Assembly: GCA_029858565.1 (NCBI GenBank)
Contig: JAOUEV010000083.1
Span: 1-12,381 of the forward strand
DNA length: 12,381 nt
Direction: 5' to 3'
Source: Nitrospirota bacterium
Lineage (GTDB): Bacteria > Nitrospirota > UBA9217
Position numbers and translations under genes: made by a program. Positions 1 to 7,906 of the stretch are shown here, in pieces. Under the pieces are notes generated by a model. The model searched no databases, was not told where the DNA came from, and saw only the letters and a program-made list of their open reading frames with translations. Each line of letters begins with the position of its first letter. The first letter of the stretch is position 1.

Positions 1-124
1 GGTCAAGCCGAATACGGATCTTCTGACGGGCCATGATATCCTTCAGCCCGTCAAGCCATTCCTTGAACGGCTTATCGCCGGCCTCGGTAAGGTAATACGC
101 TATTGTGTAGGGGAAGCTTTCCAC
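1..124 (-). CDS. 5' part of a RelE/HigB-family type II TA toxin ('addiction module killer protein' type); runs off the left edge of the window
   Basis: Not in the ORF track. Manual translation from GTG at 124 gives MESFPYTIAYYLTEAGDKPFKEWLDGLKDIMARQKIRIRLD..., matching the Y-x-T-x-x-G-x-x-PF-x-EWL-x-x-L-x-D...I-x-x-RL N-terminus of this toxin family. A promoter with a palindromic operator lies directly upstream. Confidence 0.82.
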   Translation of the reverse strand, partial: MESFPYTIAYYLTEAGDKPFKEWLDGLKDIMARQKIRIRLD

Positions 125-131
125 GTGGGCT

Positions 132-159
132 ATTGTAGCATATAAGCTACAAAACGCAA
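132..159 (-). promoter_or_regulatory. Sigma70-type promoter with overlapping palindromic operator for the TA operon
   Basis: Minus strand reads TTGCGT-16 bp-TACAAT with a TGn extended -10, 7 nt before the GTG. The perfect inverted repeat TTGTAGC-N6-GCTACAA (133-152) covers the spacer and -10, as expected for antitoxin autorepression. Confidence 0.7.
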
Positions 160-408
160 GGACGATTTAGAGGAATGCCGAACGCCAGACTGTCCAAAGA
201 AAATCTGACAGTTGTCCGTTTTTTTACTTCCCTTTATCCCGCCTCGATATACGGCAGATGGTCAGCAATCGCCCCATAACCATCACGGCGGTTTAGCGGG
301 ACGATAAAAATCGACATGTGGATCTGCGACAAGCAGACCAGCACAACCGATTTCACGGCCATTGAGAATATATGTGCTTTCATTTAATCGAATATTATTT
401 CGAATACA

Positions 409-560
409 TCAGGCGTACAGATGGAATTGATACCGATTTCGATAGACGGTAAGCGTCAGGAGATACTTCTGATAGTCGGCTGCATCCTTAAAAATCCGCC
501 GCCGCTGGTTCCCGCGGACAGTGACGCGCCGGGGTATTCGCTGCGGGGTTTGCGTGGCAT
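409..560 (-). pseudogene. 5' remnant of a REP-associated tyrosine (RAYT, Y1/HUH) transposase, frameshifted and truncated
   Basis: ATG at 560 gives MPRKPRSEYPGA; after a frameshift near 526 it continues VTVRGNQRRRIFKDAADYQKYLLTLTVYRNRYQFHLYA-stop (409-411). This matches the RAYT N-terminus pattern MPR.PR...PG..YHV..RGN.R..IF....DY..YL..L......Y...LYAY.LM.NH.H. The 'YH' codons and the HUH motif are missing. Confidence 0.8.
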
Positions 561-566
561 GAAGCA

Positions 567-595
567 ACAATAGCAAAGAGGGCGGGAAATGTCAA
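567..595 (-). promoter_or_regulatory. Sigma70-type promoter of the RAYT remnant
   Basis: Minus strand reads TTGACA-17 bp-TATTGT with a TGn extension, ending 6 nt before the ATG at 560. There is no Shine-Dalgarno sequence. Confidence 0.6.
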
Positions 596-675
596 AATAT
601 TAGACCCTCTACGGCTCCATTTCAATGCAACGACCTTCGATATGCTCGAAAGGCTACTTGTCGGATCTCGAATGG

Positions 676-918
676 TCAAGCCACCTTGAATGTCTTTCCG
701 ATCTGGATGAACTTCTCGACATTATCTTCACGCAGTTTTTTTCTGATCTCGTCAAAACGGGCGATGTCATCGGGAGTATACAGCCGCTCCCCGCAATGCA
801 GGCAAACTTCGGCCTTCACTCGAATCAAAGCGGTATTGCTCCCGCCCATCAGGACTTTCTCGGAATCTTTTTCGATCAATTCACCACCGCATACAGGGCA
901 TTTATCAAAAAGTTTCAT
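676..918 (-). CDS. YgiT-type (MqsA N-terminal-like) zinc-finger protein, putative antitoxin, 80 aa
   Basis: CPVCGG ... AEVCLHCGERLYTP gives two CxxC motifs with YgiT-like spacing. The start is placed at the ATG at 918 because it overlaps the upstream stop (ATGA). There is no HTH domain. Confidence 0.82.
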   Translation of the reverse strand: MKLFDKCPVCGGELIEKDSEKVLMGGSNTALIRVKAEVCLHCGERLYTPDDIARFDEIRKKLREDNVEKFIQIGKTFKVA

Positions 919-1232
919 GGCTTCCTCCGTTGCTTCCAATCTATCCACCGCTCCGGATCAGGCCGGTACACGGTAATCAGGACAGACGATTTTGTTTCGA
1001 CATTATACGCCCAAACGCTGTGAATGGGCTCACCATTTTTATTCCTGCCATATATCAGGCAACTCGGGTACGGCTTATCATCGGGATATTGTTCGATGAT
1101 CTCACCTGTCCTGACAGCGGCGTAGATTTCATCGAACGTCAAGCTGTCGCTATACGCTTCTTCATCGGCGTGATCGGAAACGCGAAACGTTTTGGCGTTG
1201 ATACTTTCGGCTATTTGCTGTATCTGAAGCAT
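915..1232 (-). CDS. DUF4258-family protein, putative type II TA toxin
   Basis: Motifs SDHADEE, GEIIEQYPDDKPYPSCLIYG, PIHSVWAY and LITVYRPDPERW are characteristic of DUF4258. The gene is translationally coupled to a YgiT zinc finger, a commonly seen pairing. Confidence 0.82.
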   Translation of the reverse strand: MLQIQQIAESINAKTFRVSDHADEEAYSDSLTFDEIYAAVRTGEIIEQYPDDKPYPSCLIYGRNKNGEPIHSVWAYNVETKSSVLITVYRPDPERWIDWKQRRKP

Positions 1233-1243
1233 TCGTTACGATC

Positions 1244-1432
1244 CTATCGTCGATCTTCCTTCTCAACCTGGGCAGTAGCCCTAACATTGCCTAATCGCTC
1301 TTCGTATATCTCGTCCCGATTGAACACATACCCCTCAGGAAGGGCAATCGAGTGTTTCGCTGCCAGCTGCATAAATATCCTCTTGCTGTCCTGCAATCCT
1401 TTGGTATTTACCCTGTCTTTTTTCCTCTGCAT
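1244..1432 (-). CDS. Small hypothetical protein resembling a VapB-type antitoxin C-terminus (possibly a remnant)
   Basis: 62 aa. LPEGYVFNRDEIYEER resembles the 'F.RDE.Y.R' tail I recognise from antitoxins of PIN toxins. It has its own promoter-like sequence and lies 11 bp upstream of DUF4258. Confidence 0.4.
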   Translation of the reverse strand: MQRKKDRVNTKGLQDSKRIFMQLAAKHSIALPEGYVFNRDEIYEERLGNVRATAQVEKEDRR

Positions 1433-1437
1433 GTCTT

Positions 1438-1467
1438 ACAATATCACGATTCAATACAGGATGACAA
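1438..1467 (-). promoter_or_regulatory. Putative promoter for the 62-aa ORF / DUF4258 / YgiT unit
   Basis: Minus strand reads TTGTCA-18 bp-TATTGT with a TGn extension, 5 nt before the ATG at 1432. Confidence 0.45.
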
Positions 1468-1500
1468 GCTGAAACGCCTCTTTTTCACCACACGTTCATC

Positions 1501-2031
1501 ATGGAAATCGAGGAGGGCCAGAAGTCCCCCGCCTTCGACAAGGTCATGCAGCTGCTCCAGGCCTACCGATCTGATGTCCAGGACTTCCTGCGCGAGACGG
1601 GCTACCTGCCGAAGAACGTTGAGCCCGCTGCTACCGGCAAGATGCGGAAGGTCCCGGTCGTGTCCTGGGTGACTGCTGGCAAGTGGACCGAAACAGGCGA
1701 GTCGTTCCATCAGGAGGATGCAGTAGACTGGATCGAGAGCGACATCAAGGGAGAGCACAACTTCGCGCTGCGGGTGAAGGGCGATTCAATGGAGCCGGAA
1801 TTTAACGATGGGGATATCATCATCGTCAGCCCAACCGCAAAGGCAGTGACCGGCGACTACATCGTTGCGAAGAATGATGAGGAAGAAGCGACGTTCAAGC
1901 AGTACAAGAAGTTCGATACCACACGAGTCCTTCACCCTCTAAATCCGAAATACCCCGATATCGTTCTGAACAAGGATTTAGAGTATCGAATTGTCGGGGT
2001 GGTGATGGAGAAAAAGAAGCGTTACAAGTAG
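1501..2031 (+). CDS. CI/LexA-like S24 autopeptidase repressor, 5'-truncated within its XRE HTH domain (possible pseudogene)
   Basis: VPVVSWVTAG gives the Ala-Gly cleavage site, FALRVKGDSMEP the catalytic Ser and ATFKQY the catalytic Lys. The N-terminus (HTFI)MEIEEGQKSPAFDKVMQLLQAY is the second half of an XRE HTH. An in-frame stop at 1462-1464 leaves no room for the first helices. Confidence 0.85.
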   Translation: MEIEEGQKSPAFDKVMQLLQAYRSDVQDFLRETGYLPKNVEPAATGKMRKVPVVSWVTAGKWTETGESFHQEDAVDWIESDIKGEHNFALRVKGDSMEPEFNDGDIIIVSPTAKAVTGDYIVAKNDEEEATFKQYKKFDTTRVLHPLNPKYPDIVLNKDLEYRIVGVVMEKKKRYK

Positions 2032-2043
2032 CGGAGGCGCAAA

Positions 2044-2238
2044 ATGAAGAAGGGCGACATTGTGAAATTCAAAGAGACTGTTGATGTAGGCGACGAGAAA
2101 GTGAGAATGCGCCTATTGGAAGATCCTGACGGCGGTCGAGTTTTGGTAGAGGCGTTGGTCGGGATGCAGCTCAATCCGACATACGTTTATCAGGTCAAAG
2201 ATCTTGTCGAATGTGGAGAACCTGTGCTGAATAGCTGA
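2044..2238 (+). CDS. Small hypothetical protein (64 aa), beta-rich, possibly SH3/KOW-like
   Basis: GGAGG RBS just upstream of the ATG; 12 bp after the S24 gene. The MKKGDIVKFK start is typical of small beta-barrel phage/MGE proteins. Confidence 0.6.
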   Translation: MKKGDIVKFKETVDVGDEKVRMRLLEDPDGGRVLVEALVGMQLNPTYVYQVKDLVECGEPVLNS

Positions 2239-2297
2239 GCCAGAGCAAATGCATTGGTCCACAATCTGTCATGGTTTGGAGCAATCAGCGTTTGATA

Positions 2298-5200
2298 TTA
2301 TTTCCGATTGCGTACAACAGCTGGTTTTTTCTTCTTTGGAGCAGCCGGTTTAATGTCAGACCCGCCCTTCACCCTATAAACAATTTCAAAATTATTACCT
2401 TGGACATTCTCCGGCTTGGGAAGAAGCAAAGCAAAACCCATGACAGGTTGCAGGGGAATCGCTTTTGTTCCCAATTCATCCATCGGATATGCGGGATATA
2501 ATAACATCACGCCCCTTTTACGATCCTTCTTGAGACCGGCTGTGACAGTGTACCCCTCCCCCTCATTTCGTTCCAAATCAACCAGCCAGTGCGCAAAATC
2601 AGCGTGACGCGGTTCACTGAAAGCTTTGAAACGATCAGTTCCTGCTATCACAGTACGACCAAAGCTTGAAAGTTCGTGGCCACCTATGTTCCACACAGGA
2701 AAACGAGTTTTTGTAAGTTGGGGAATTACAATCACCCACTTAGGAATCTCTTTTCTATTCTTATGCAGAAAATTGAGTTCTGCCTGTATTGGAGAAATCT
2801 TATCAGGCCAAGGATACCTTTTGAGAATATTAACCAGTGTATCGGCACCCAATTCCAACCACTTAATCTGGAACGCAGTACCAGGTTTCCCAACCTTACC
2901 CTCGTGCATTTTAGCACTTAAGAGCGCTTTTTCAAAAATTGCCGCACCTATCTTTCGTGATGTGGCATCCATTTGGCGCTTAATCGGTTCGCGCCATTTT
3001 CCGTAAAAGCTGGCAGATACAAGTTCAGCATGATACATTTTATTTGCTGCTGCCGGTCTGAGTCTGGGATAACTATTGTACACAAGCGCAGGAACTTCGA
3101 GTGGCGTCAGATATTTACCATCGGGGCCCGGTTCACTGTACTGATCAAGTTGGCTGCGGAACTTCTCCTCGTCCTGGCACATAGCACCAAATGCCTCGTA
3201 AAGATCCATATTTTGCTTACCGTCATTTTCCATCCTGCCCATATACAAGCGAACCAAATCACGGTACCCCTTACGAAAACCGAACCACCTTCCCATCTGC
3301 ATTAATGTATCCGCTGCCTGAGCCCTTCTCCTAAAGTAAGATACTGTTAGGCCTTCAATCGTATAACCCCGAGAGAGTTTCGCACCGCCAACAATAATTT
3401 TCCATACTTTGTCCTGTAAATCAAAATCTGGCGTATCCGCATCCCTTTCACCATTTACTATTAACACTGGCTTATTATCACCGCCGATATTATCGATTGC
3501 TGCCCCAAGATATTTCTTGAGTGAATTAAAGCTTTCTGGAACAGGTAGTCCTGCTGCACGATCACGGTCGCGACGCCACAACTCGGCGAAGTCATTATCA
3601 TAGAGCATCTTTAATCGTGCCATACCTGCAGTGGAATCATATCCTTTGTGCTTCCACAGTTTTTCGAGAAGTTCTTTTTTATTCCGCTGGTCTATTTGCA
3701 GGTGTGACTCATGCACAAGCATTGTATGATGCCTGTATTCACCTGCGACACCCCTGCTTTTTCTGAACAATTTTATGGCTCCTGCAAGAACAAACGCATC
3801 CATAGCCTCCAGAAGTCTATCGATATCATTCCTGTCTTCACTATTCCATGACATACTTCCAGAGTAGCAGTTATCAGGCAGGAGAATCGTAGCGTCTCCA
3901 TCTTCGGCAATATCCTGATAATTACGTGGAATGCTTCTTAGATGTGCTGACTTATTTGAAATACCTGAGCTCCGTGTCTCAAAATCATGGAAATCGGTTA
4001 CCCCCATATACGCCTCGGGCTTGCGCAGAGAAAGAATATAATGCTTTGGATAAATATCATCTGAATCCGCCCGACTGACAAATACATTCGCGATAGGCGT
4101 GGCTGTATATCCAACATACTGTGCACGAGGCAACTTCTTAAGTAGATCTACTATCAGTTTATTAATAGCAGTCCTGCTTTTCTCATCAGTTATTTTCTTC
4201 GGGTTTAATGTATTGACTGATGCTTGATCGGATTCATCATCAATAATTAATGCCGGGGCATAATCGCGGGATTCTCTGTTAACTTCAGACAGATCTTTTA
4301 CAAGTTGCTTTAAGCGTAATTTATTCTTTTTAACGACAATAAGTCGTGCATTTGCATGGCCCAAATTCTCACGATAATATAGCGGTTTATTCTTTTCCTT
4401 TTTCTCAAACTCCAAGGCGCTTATTCCTTGCGCCAAGCTGCGAAAGTCATCCACAGCTCCTGTCAACCTGAAGATATCAACCGAACCAAGCCTGCTTGGC
4501 AAGGATCCATGGCTCATAAATCTGGGCCAATCTCTATCAAGGCTGTAGTCATGATCAGCCACTTCCGTTTCTTCATTTCCGCGTAAAATATTCTCTTTAC
4601 CGACGAGATCCATGTCGAGACGACGCTGTGTCTGGTTACGCAGCAAATCCATTGTCCCGGACAGCACTATTATTAGTCGATACCCGGCATCAATTGCCTT
4701 GGCAATCACTCCGGTAAAATGAGTCGTTTTCCCGCTTTGAACATATCCGACCACTAGCCCGCGACTGCGACGATCTTTCAGCAACCAAGGACAGTCAAGT
4801 CGCTCAACAACACTATATGTTGACTGATCCAGCAGCTCAAGGGATTCCGGAGTCCACTTCTTTGTCGTGCCAAGATAGCTCTTGAACTGCCCCCAATAAA
4901 AGTCGTTCGTACTTACAGCCGCATACCAGTTTTCGTGCTTGCCAGGATCCTCGATCAGAATCGGGGGAGGGCTATCGTAGAAAGGCAGCACATCACTTAT
5001 GATGGTTTTGCTCTCGGAGCTTATTTTAAGCAATTTGTAAATTAACTGCCGTCTACTCTCGCTATTGGGTTGCGTGCTTCCTGTCCACGTTGACGTCCTC
5101 GTATGATCCCATTCAGCAAGCTTCCTGTGCAGTTCTGATCTAACAAGGTCGTTTGGATCGCTTGAGACCCTCTGTATAACCTGCTTTTCAGTAACCTCTT

Positions 5201-5312
5201 TTTTCAATGAGGATTGCTTTGAATAAAAAGATAGAGCAGCGGAAAGAGGCATGGGAGAGGCATTCATCCCTCCGAGGGCGGCTTTAACGATATCATAGAC
5301 AACATCAGTCAT
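2298..5312 (-). CDS. Z1-domain-containing SF2 helicase/ATPase (R-M/MORC-associated), 1004 aa
   Basis: Walker A GLVVGYVQSGKT, Walker B LIIDDESDQAS and motif III YVGYTATPIANVF. Z1-region motifs HHTMLVHES, IIVGGAKLSRGYTIEGLTVSYF and DTLMQMGRWFGFR. AGGAG RBS in the 9-bp gap after the upstream gene. Confidence 0.92.
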   Translation of the reverse strand: MTDVVYDIVKAALGGMNASPMPLSAALSFYSKQSSLKKEVTEKQVIQRVSSDPNDLVRSELHRKLAEWDHTRTSTWTGSTQPNSESRRQLIYKLLKISSESKTIISDVLPFYDSPPPILIEDPGKHENWYAAVSTNDFYWGQFKSYLGTTKKWTPESLELLDQSTYSVVERLDCPWLLKDRRSRGLVVGYVQSGKTTHFTGVIAKAIDAGYRLIIVLSGTMDLLRNQTQRRLDMDLVGKENILRGNEETEVADHDYSLDRDWPRFMSHGSLPSRLGSVDIFRLTGAVDDFRSLAQGISALEFEKKEKNKPLYYRENLGHANARLIVVKKNKLRLKQLVKDLSEVNRESRDYAPALIIDDESDQASVNTLNPKKITDEKSRTAINKLIVDLLKKLPRAQYVGYTATPIANVFVSRADSDDIYPKHYILSLRKPEAYMGVTDFHDFETRSSGISNKSAHLRSIPRNYQDIAEDGDATILLPDNCYSGSMSWNSEDRNDIDRLLEAMDAFVLAGAIKLFRKSRGVAGEYRHHTMLVHESHLQIDQRNKKELLEKLWKHKGYDSTAGMARLKMLYDNDFAELWRRDRDRAAGLPVPESFNSLKKYLGAAIDNIGGDNKPVLIVNGERDADTPDFDLQDKVWKIIVGGAKLSRGYTIEGLTVSYFRRRAQAADTLMQMGRWFGFRKGYRDLVRLYMGRMENDGKQNMDLYEAFGAMCQDEEKFRSQLDQYSEPGPDGKYLTPLEVPALVYNSYPRLRPAAANKMYHAELVSASFYGKWREPIKRQMDATSRKIGAAIFEKALLSAKMHEGKVGKPGTAFQIKWLELGADTLVNILKRYPWPDKISPIQAELNFLHKNRKEIPKWVIVIPQLTKTRFPVWNIGGHELSSFGRTVIAGTDRFKAFSEPRHADFAHWLVDLERNEGEGYTVTAGLKKDRKRGVMLLYPAYPMDELGTKAIPLQPVMGFALLLPKPENVQGNNFEIVYRVKGGSDIKPAAPKKKKPAVVRNRK

Positions 5313-5321
5313 TGAATTCTC

Positions 5322-6332
5322 CTAAACTAATTTTGCGTTAAATGAAGAATGTGTAGATAGTATTCCCATACCCTCTAGATTCACACCATAAGAAACCCGA
5401 TCAATCCGCTGAATTAGATCCGAGCCCAAAGTATTAAGGGTGTCAGCAGTTATTGCAGGGAATTTCTTATCAACAGGTATTAGAGATGGCGGAGTTCGCA
5501 AAGTATAGCTGTCAATGTAATGTGATGCATGCTCCTCTCGCCAACCACAACTGAATAATCTCTCTTCTATCAATGCGGATGCGGAAGGACTTTTCTTTGC
5601 AGACACTGACAAGATTGCTGACACCGCTGCAGCTAATGTTCGTCCTTCAGGCGCTGGAGCCGGCGTGAATTGTATCGATAGAATGTAAAGTTGCCTGCCC
5701 TTCTTTGGTACAGCCTGCGTAAGGGAACCTATCTGATGAATACGTTTTTCTTTAAGTGTGGATTTAACCTCTATATCCGTCCTTGCCAGGGTAAAATCGT
5801 GCTCTTCTGCACCGGGCCCCTTCCATGCATCTGCTGCCGTCGACCAACCTGATCGACGAGCAAGGTAATCAAGAAACCATAGTTCACCTAACAAGCCGAT
5901 TTGGCGCTCATCTGAGAGAATTGAGAGTTTTTGAAGAAGACTCGCCCAAGCATGGAGAGTTTTTATTATTGCCGAACCAACATCCTGCTTGTCAACCTGC
6001 ACACGATCAGCAATATCTCTTACAAGGTTATAGAATTCCCTAAAGAGCTGACAATTGCTTGTAGATATTTCCACAACGTTCCGACTGGATATCTCTTTTC
6101 TTATGATTGACACTTCGCCGAGCGGACTTACCGGCATTACCTTCGGTAAGGAATAAATTCTCACACCAATACGCGTGCCTGAAGTGTCAATGAATGTGTC
6201 AACGCGGGGCTCACCGGGAATTCTTTCAAGATAGGGGACGCCCTCTTCAATTCGATCTGAAAAAATTTCCCAGTGAACATGCCTGGGATTTCTTTTATAC
6301 GTACGAGTGTTTTTTATGAGGTTGTTTTTCAT
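5322..6332 (-). CDS. PD-(D/E)XK motif protein (DUF4420 family), putative nuclease
   Basis: LSDERQIGLLGELWFL, WKGPGAEEHDF, IEVKST and IHQIGSLTQ match the DUF4420 pattern (GL.GEL..L / W.GP.....DF / IEVK(S/T)T). The start overlaps the MORC stop (ATGA). Confidence 0.88.
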   Translation of the reverse strand: MKNNLIKNTRTYKRNPRHVHWEIFSDRIEEGVPYLERIPGEPRVDTFIDTSGTRIGVRIYSLPKVMPVSPLGEVSIIRKEISSRNVVEISTSNCQLFREFYNLVRDIADRVQVDKQDVGSAIIKTLHAWASLLQKLSILSDERQIGLLGELWFLDYLARRSGWSTAADAWKGPGAEEHDFTLARTDIEVKSTLKEKRIHQIGSLTQAVPKKGRQLYILSIQFTPAPAPEGRTLAAAVSAILSVSAKKSPSASALIEERLFSCGWREEHASHYIDSYTLRTPPSLIPVDKKFPAITADTLNTLGSDLIQRIDRVSYGVNLEGMGILSTHSSFNAKLV

Positions 6333-7855
6333 CGATTCGCTTCGAGATTGATCGCCTTTACCAAGGCATCATTGATAACATCAAGCTTTTTCTTCTCAAG
6401 CTGCGTTTCATTAACAAGACGAAAGGTATCATTCAACAGAAAATAGAGCAACGTCCTAATGACAGGGATATCAGCGGCTCCTGCCGCATCTCCGTCAAGA
6501 AGGACATCTCGGTATTTTCTATTCAATATAAGTTCCTTATTATCTCGGTCGACCTCAAAAAATCGATTTCCTCGTATTTTATCCCATCTTAGAGCGATAC
6601 CATTACCCTGGCGCAACGGGATTGCAGCTTGCAGAATAACGTCTCGAACGGGAGCCGGGACACCTGTTCCAGGCTTCAGTATGGGGGGGAGTTTCTTCTT
6701 GCCCTTTGCACGATATACCTCCTCCGCTGTTTCCGTATACTGCTTGAAGGTGGTACCATCCTTGGCCCGCGCCTTGGCAAGATAGCCTGTAAAAGATGCC
6801 GGAGCATCAACCGCGGCCTTATTTGGCCGTACCTGAAGGTAACCCGCGTATGAGTCAGGTATATCAATTTCGACGCGTGCAAGACTCATATGTGGATCCA
6901 TTGTTCCGATCCAGCCATTCCATCCGCCGTCCTGGATAAGCCGATTGTGACGATAAAAGAAAAAGCCTTGGTGTTCAGCCACCTTCCCGCCACCCAGCTT
7001 GTATCCCTCATCCTTTGATTTCTTGGGCCAAATATGCGCGCGCAAAACCAGCGACCCCAGTTTTTTTGATGCACTCATGTAAAAGTTCTTGGGGTAACCT
7101 TTTACCGCTGTTATTACGGGAAACGGATTGAGAGCTTCAACTCGGCTGGGCAGAAACGTCGATCCACTTGAAATATCCTCTACGTCCATTTGAATCGATA
7201 CCGCTCGTTTCTGCAGGAAGCGATGAAGTTTAAGACCAAGATGATTCCTGATCTTACGCTTGATTTCTTCCAAATAAGCATCCGGATTTCCGTGCAGTCT
7301 CTGAAAATCCCTCACGTTATCCCATTGTATTACTGTCCCGACGGACAGTGTCCCAAGAGAACCCCAGGACCTGGTCAGATGTGCTTTTACCGAATCCGGT
7401 CCAAGTACAGCGCATTGCCAATTCCGCTTCTTAATCCCCGCCTCGGTCCACTGTCTTCCAACATATCCCTTCCCTTTGCGCCTCGACAGAACAGAAACCG
7501 TATCAGCCTGCGTCAGAGATGCCGTCTTCATGCCAATACCAAACATCCCCAGTGCTTCCTGGTTATAATCACGTTTACGTGCGAATTGCATTGCGCGATC
7601 GATTTCGTCATCATCCATGCCGTGACCGTTGTCGACAACGCAAAGACTAATTAGACGATTCTTTTCTCGAAAAATCCGGATTAGCACTTTTCCCGCATCA
7701 GCGTCAATGGAGTTGTCCACCAGATCTGCAATGCTCGCCTCAATTGGATAATCAACCTTGAGCGCATCAAGAACATCGGGAGTAGGTTGTATCGTTTTAG
7801 TTGATGTTATTTCAAGTTCATTTACCTTCAAAGACTTCTGGTCCGACTTCTTCAT
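6329..7855 (-). CDS. Prokaryotic MORC/MutL-like GHKL ATPase (HATPase_c_3 + S5-like domain)
   Basis: N-box IADLVDNSIDA, G1 VVDNGHGMD, G2 LGMFGIGMKTAS and G3 GTVIQW. S5-region motif QGFFFYRHNRLIQDGGW...LARVEIDIP. GGAG RBS. Confidence 0.88.
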   Translation of the reverse strand: MKKSDQKSLKVNELEITSTKTIQPTPDVLDALKVDYPIEASIADLVDNSIDADAGKVLIRIFREKNRLISLCVVDNGHGMDDDEIDRAMQFARKRDYNQEALGMFGIGMKTASLTQADTVSVLSRRKGKGYVGRQWTEAGIKKRNWQCAVLGPDSVKAHLTRSWGSLGTLSVGTVIQWDNVRDFQRLHGNPDAYLEEIKRKIRNHLGLKLHRFLQKRAVSIQMDVEDISSGSTFLPSRVEALNPFPVITAVKGYPKNFYMSASKKLGSLVLRAHIWPKKSKDEGYKLGGGKVAEHQGFFFYRHNRLIQDGGWNGWIGTMDPHMSLARVEIDIPDSYAGYLQVRPNKAAVDAPASFTGYLAKARAKDGTTFKQYTETAEEVYRAKGKKKLPPILKPGTGVPAPVRDVILQAAIPLRQGNGIALRWDKIRGNRFFEVDRDNKELILNRKYRDVLLDGDAAGAADIPVIRTLLYFLLNDTFRLVNETQLEKKKLDVINDALVKAINLEANR

Positions 7856-7906
7856 TGATTCTCCGATTAATCAGACGTGTCAATCAACTACAGCATCAGT
7901 CTGCAA

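Noticed and set aside
191-217. TGTCC...TGACA..TGTCC imperfect repeats as an IS end or operator
   Set aside because: Too short and imperfect, with no partner end or associated gene.
388-403. TCGAA-N6-TTCGA palindrome as a LexA (CGAAC-N4-GTTCG) box
   Set aside because: Two key positions mismatch and it is not positioned at a recognisable promoter.
488-679. 63-aa minus-strand ORF in the track
   Set aside because: It runs through the RAYT promoter and remnant in a non-coding frame; the RAYT reading explains the region better.
625-1758. ORFs 625-1023, 686-976, 930-1472, 1352-1672 (+) and 1444-1758 (-)
   Set aside because: They overlap better-supported genes on the opposite strand or in another frame and have no family motifs.
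2028-2040. GCGGAGGCG as the distal att copy of the tmRNA 3' end
   Set aside because: The match is only about 7 bp and is explained as the RBS of the 2044 ORF.
7855-7883. Internal promoter for the MORC trio (perfect TTGACA at 7883-7878)
   Set aside because: The hexamer at 17-bp spacing is AATCAA, a poor -10 overlapping the start codon.
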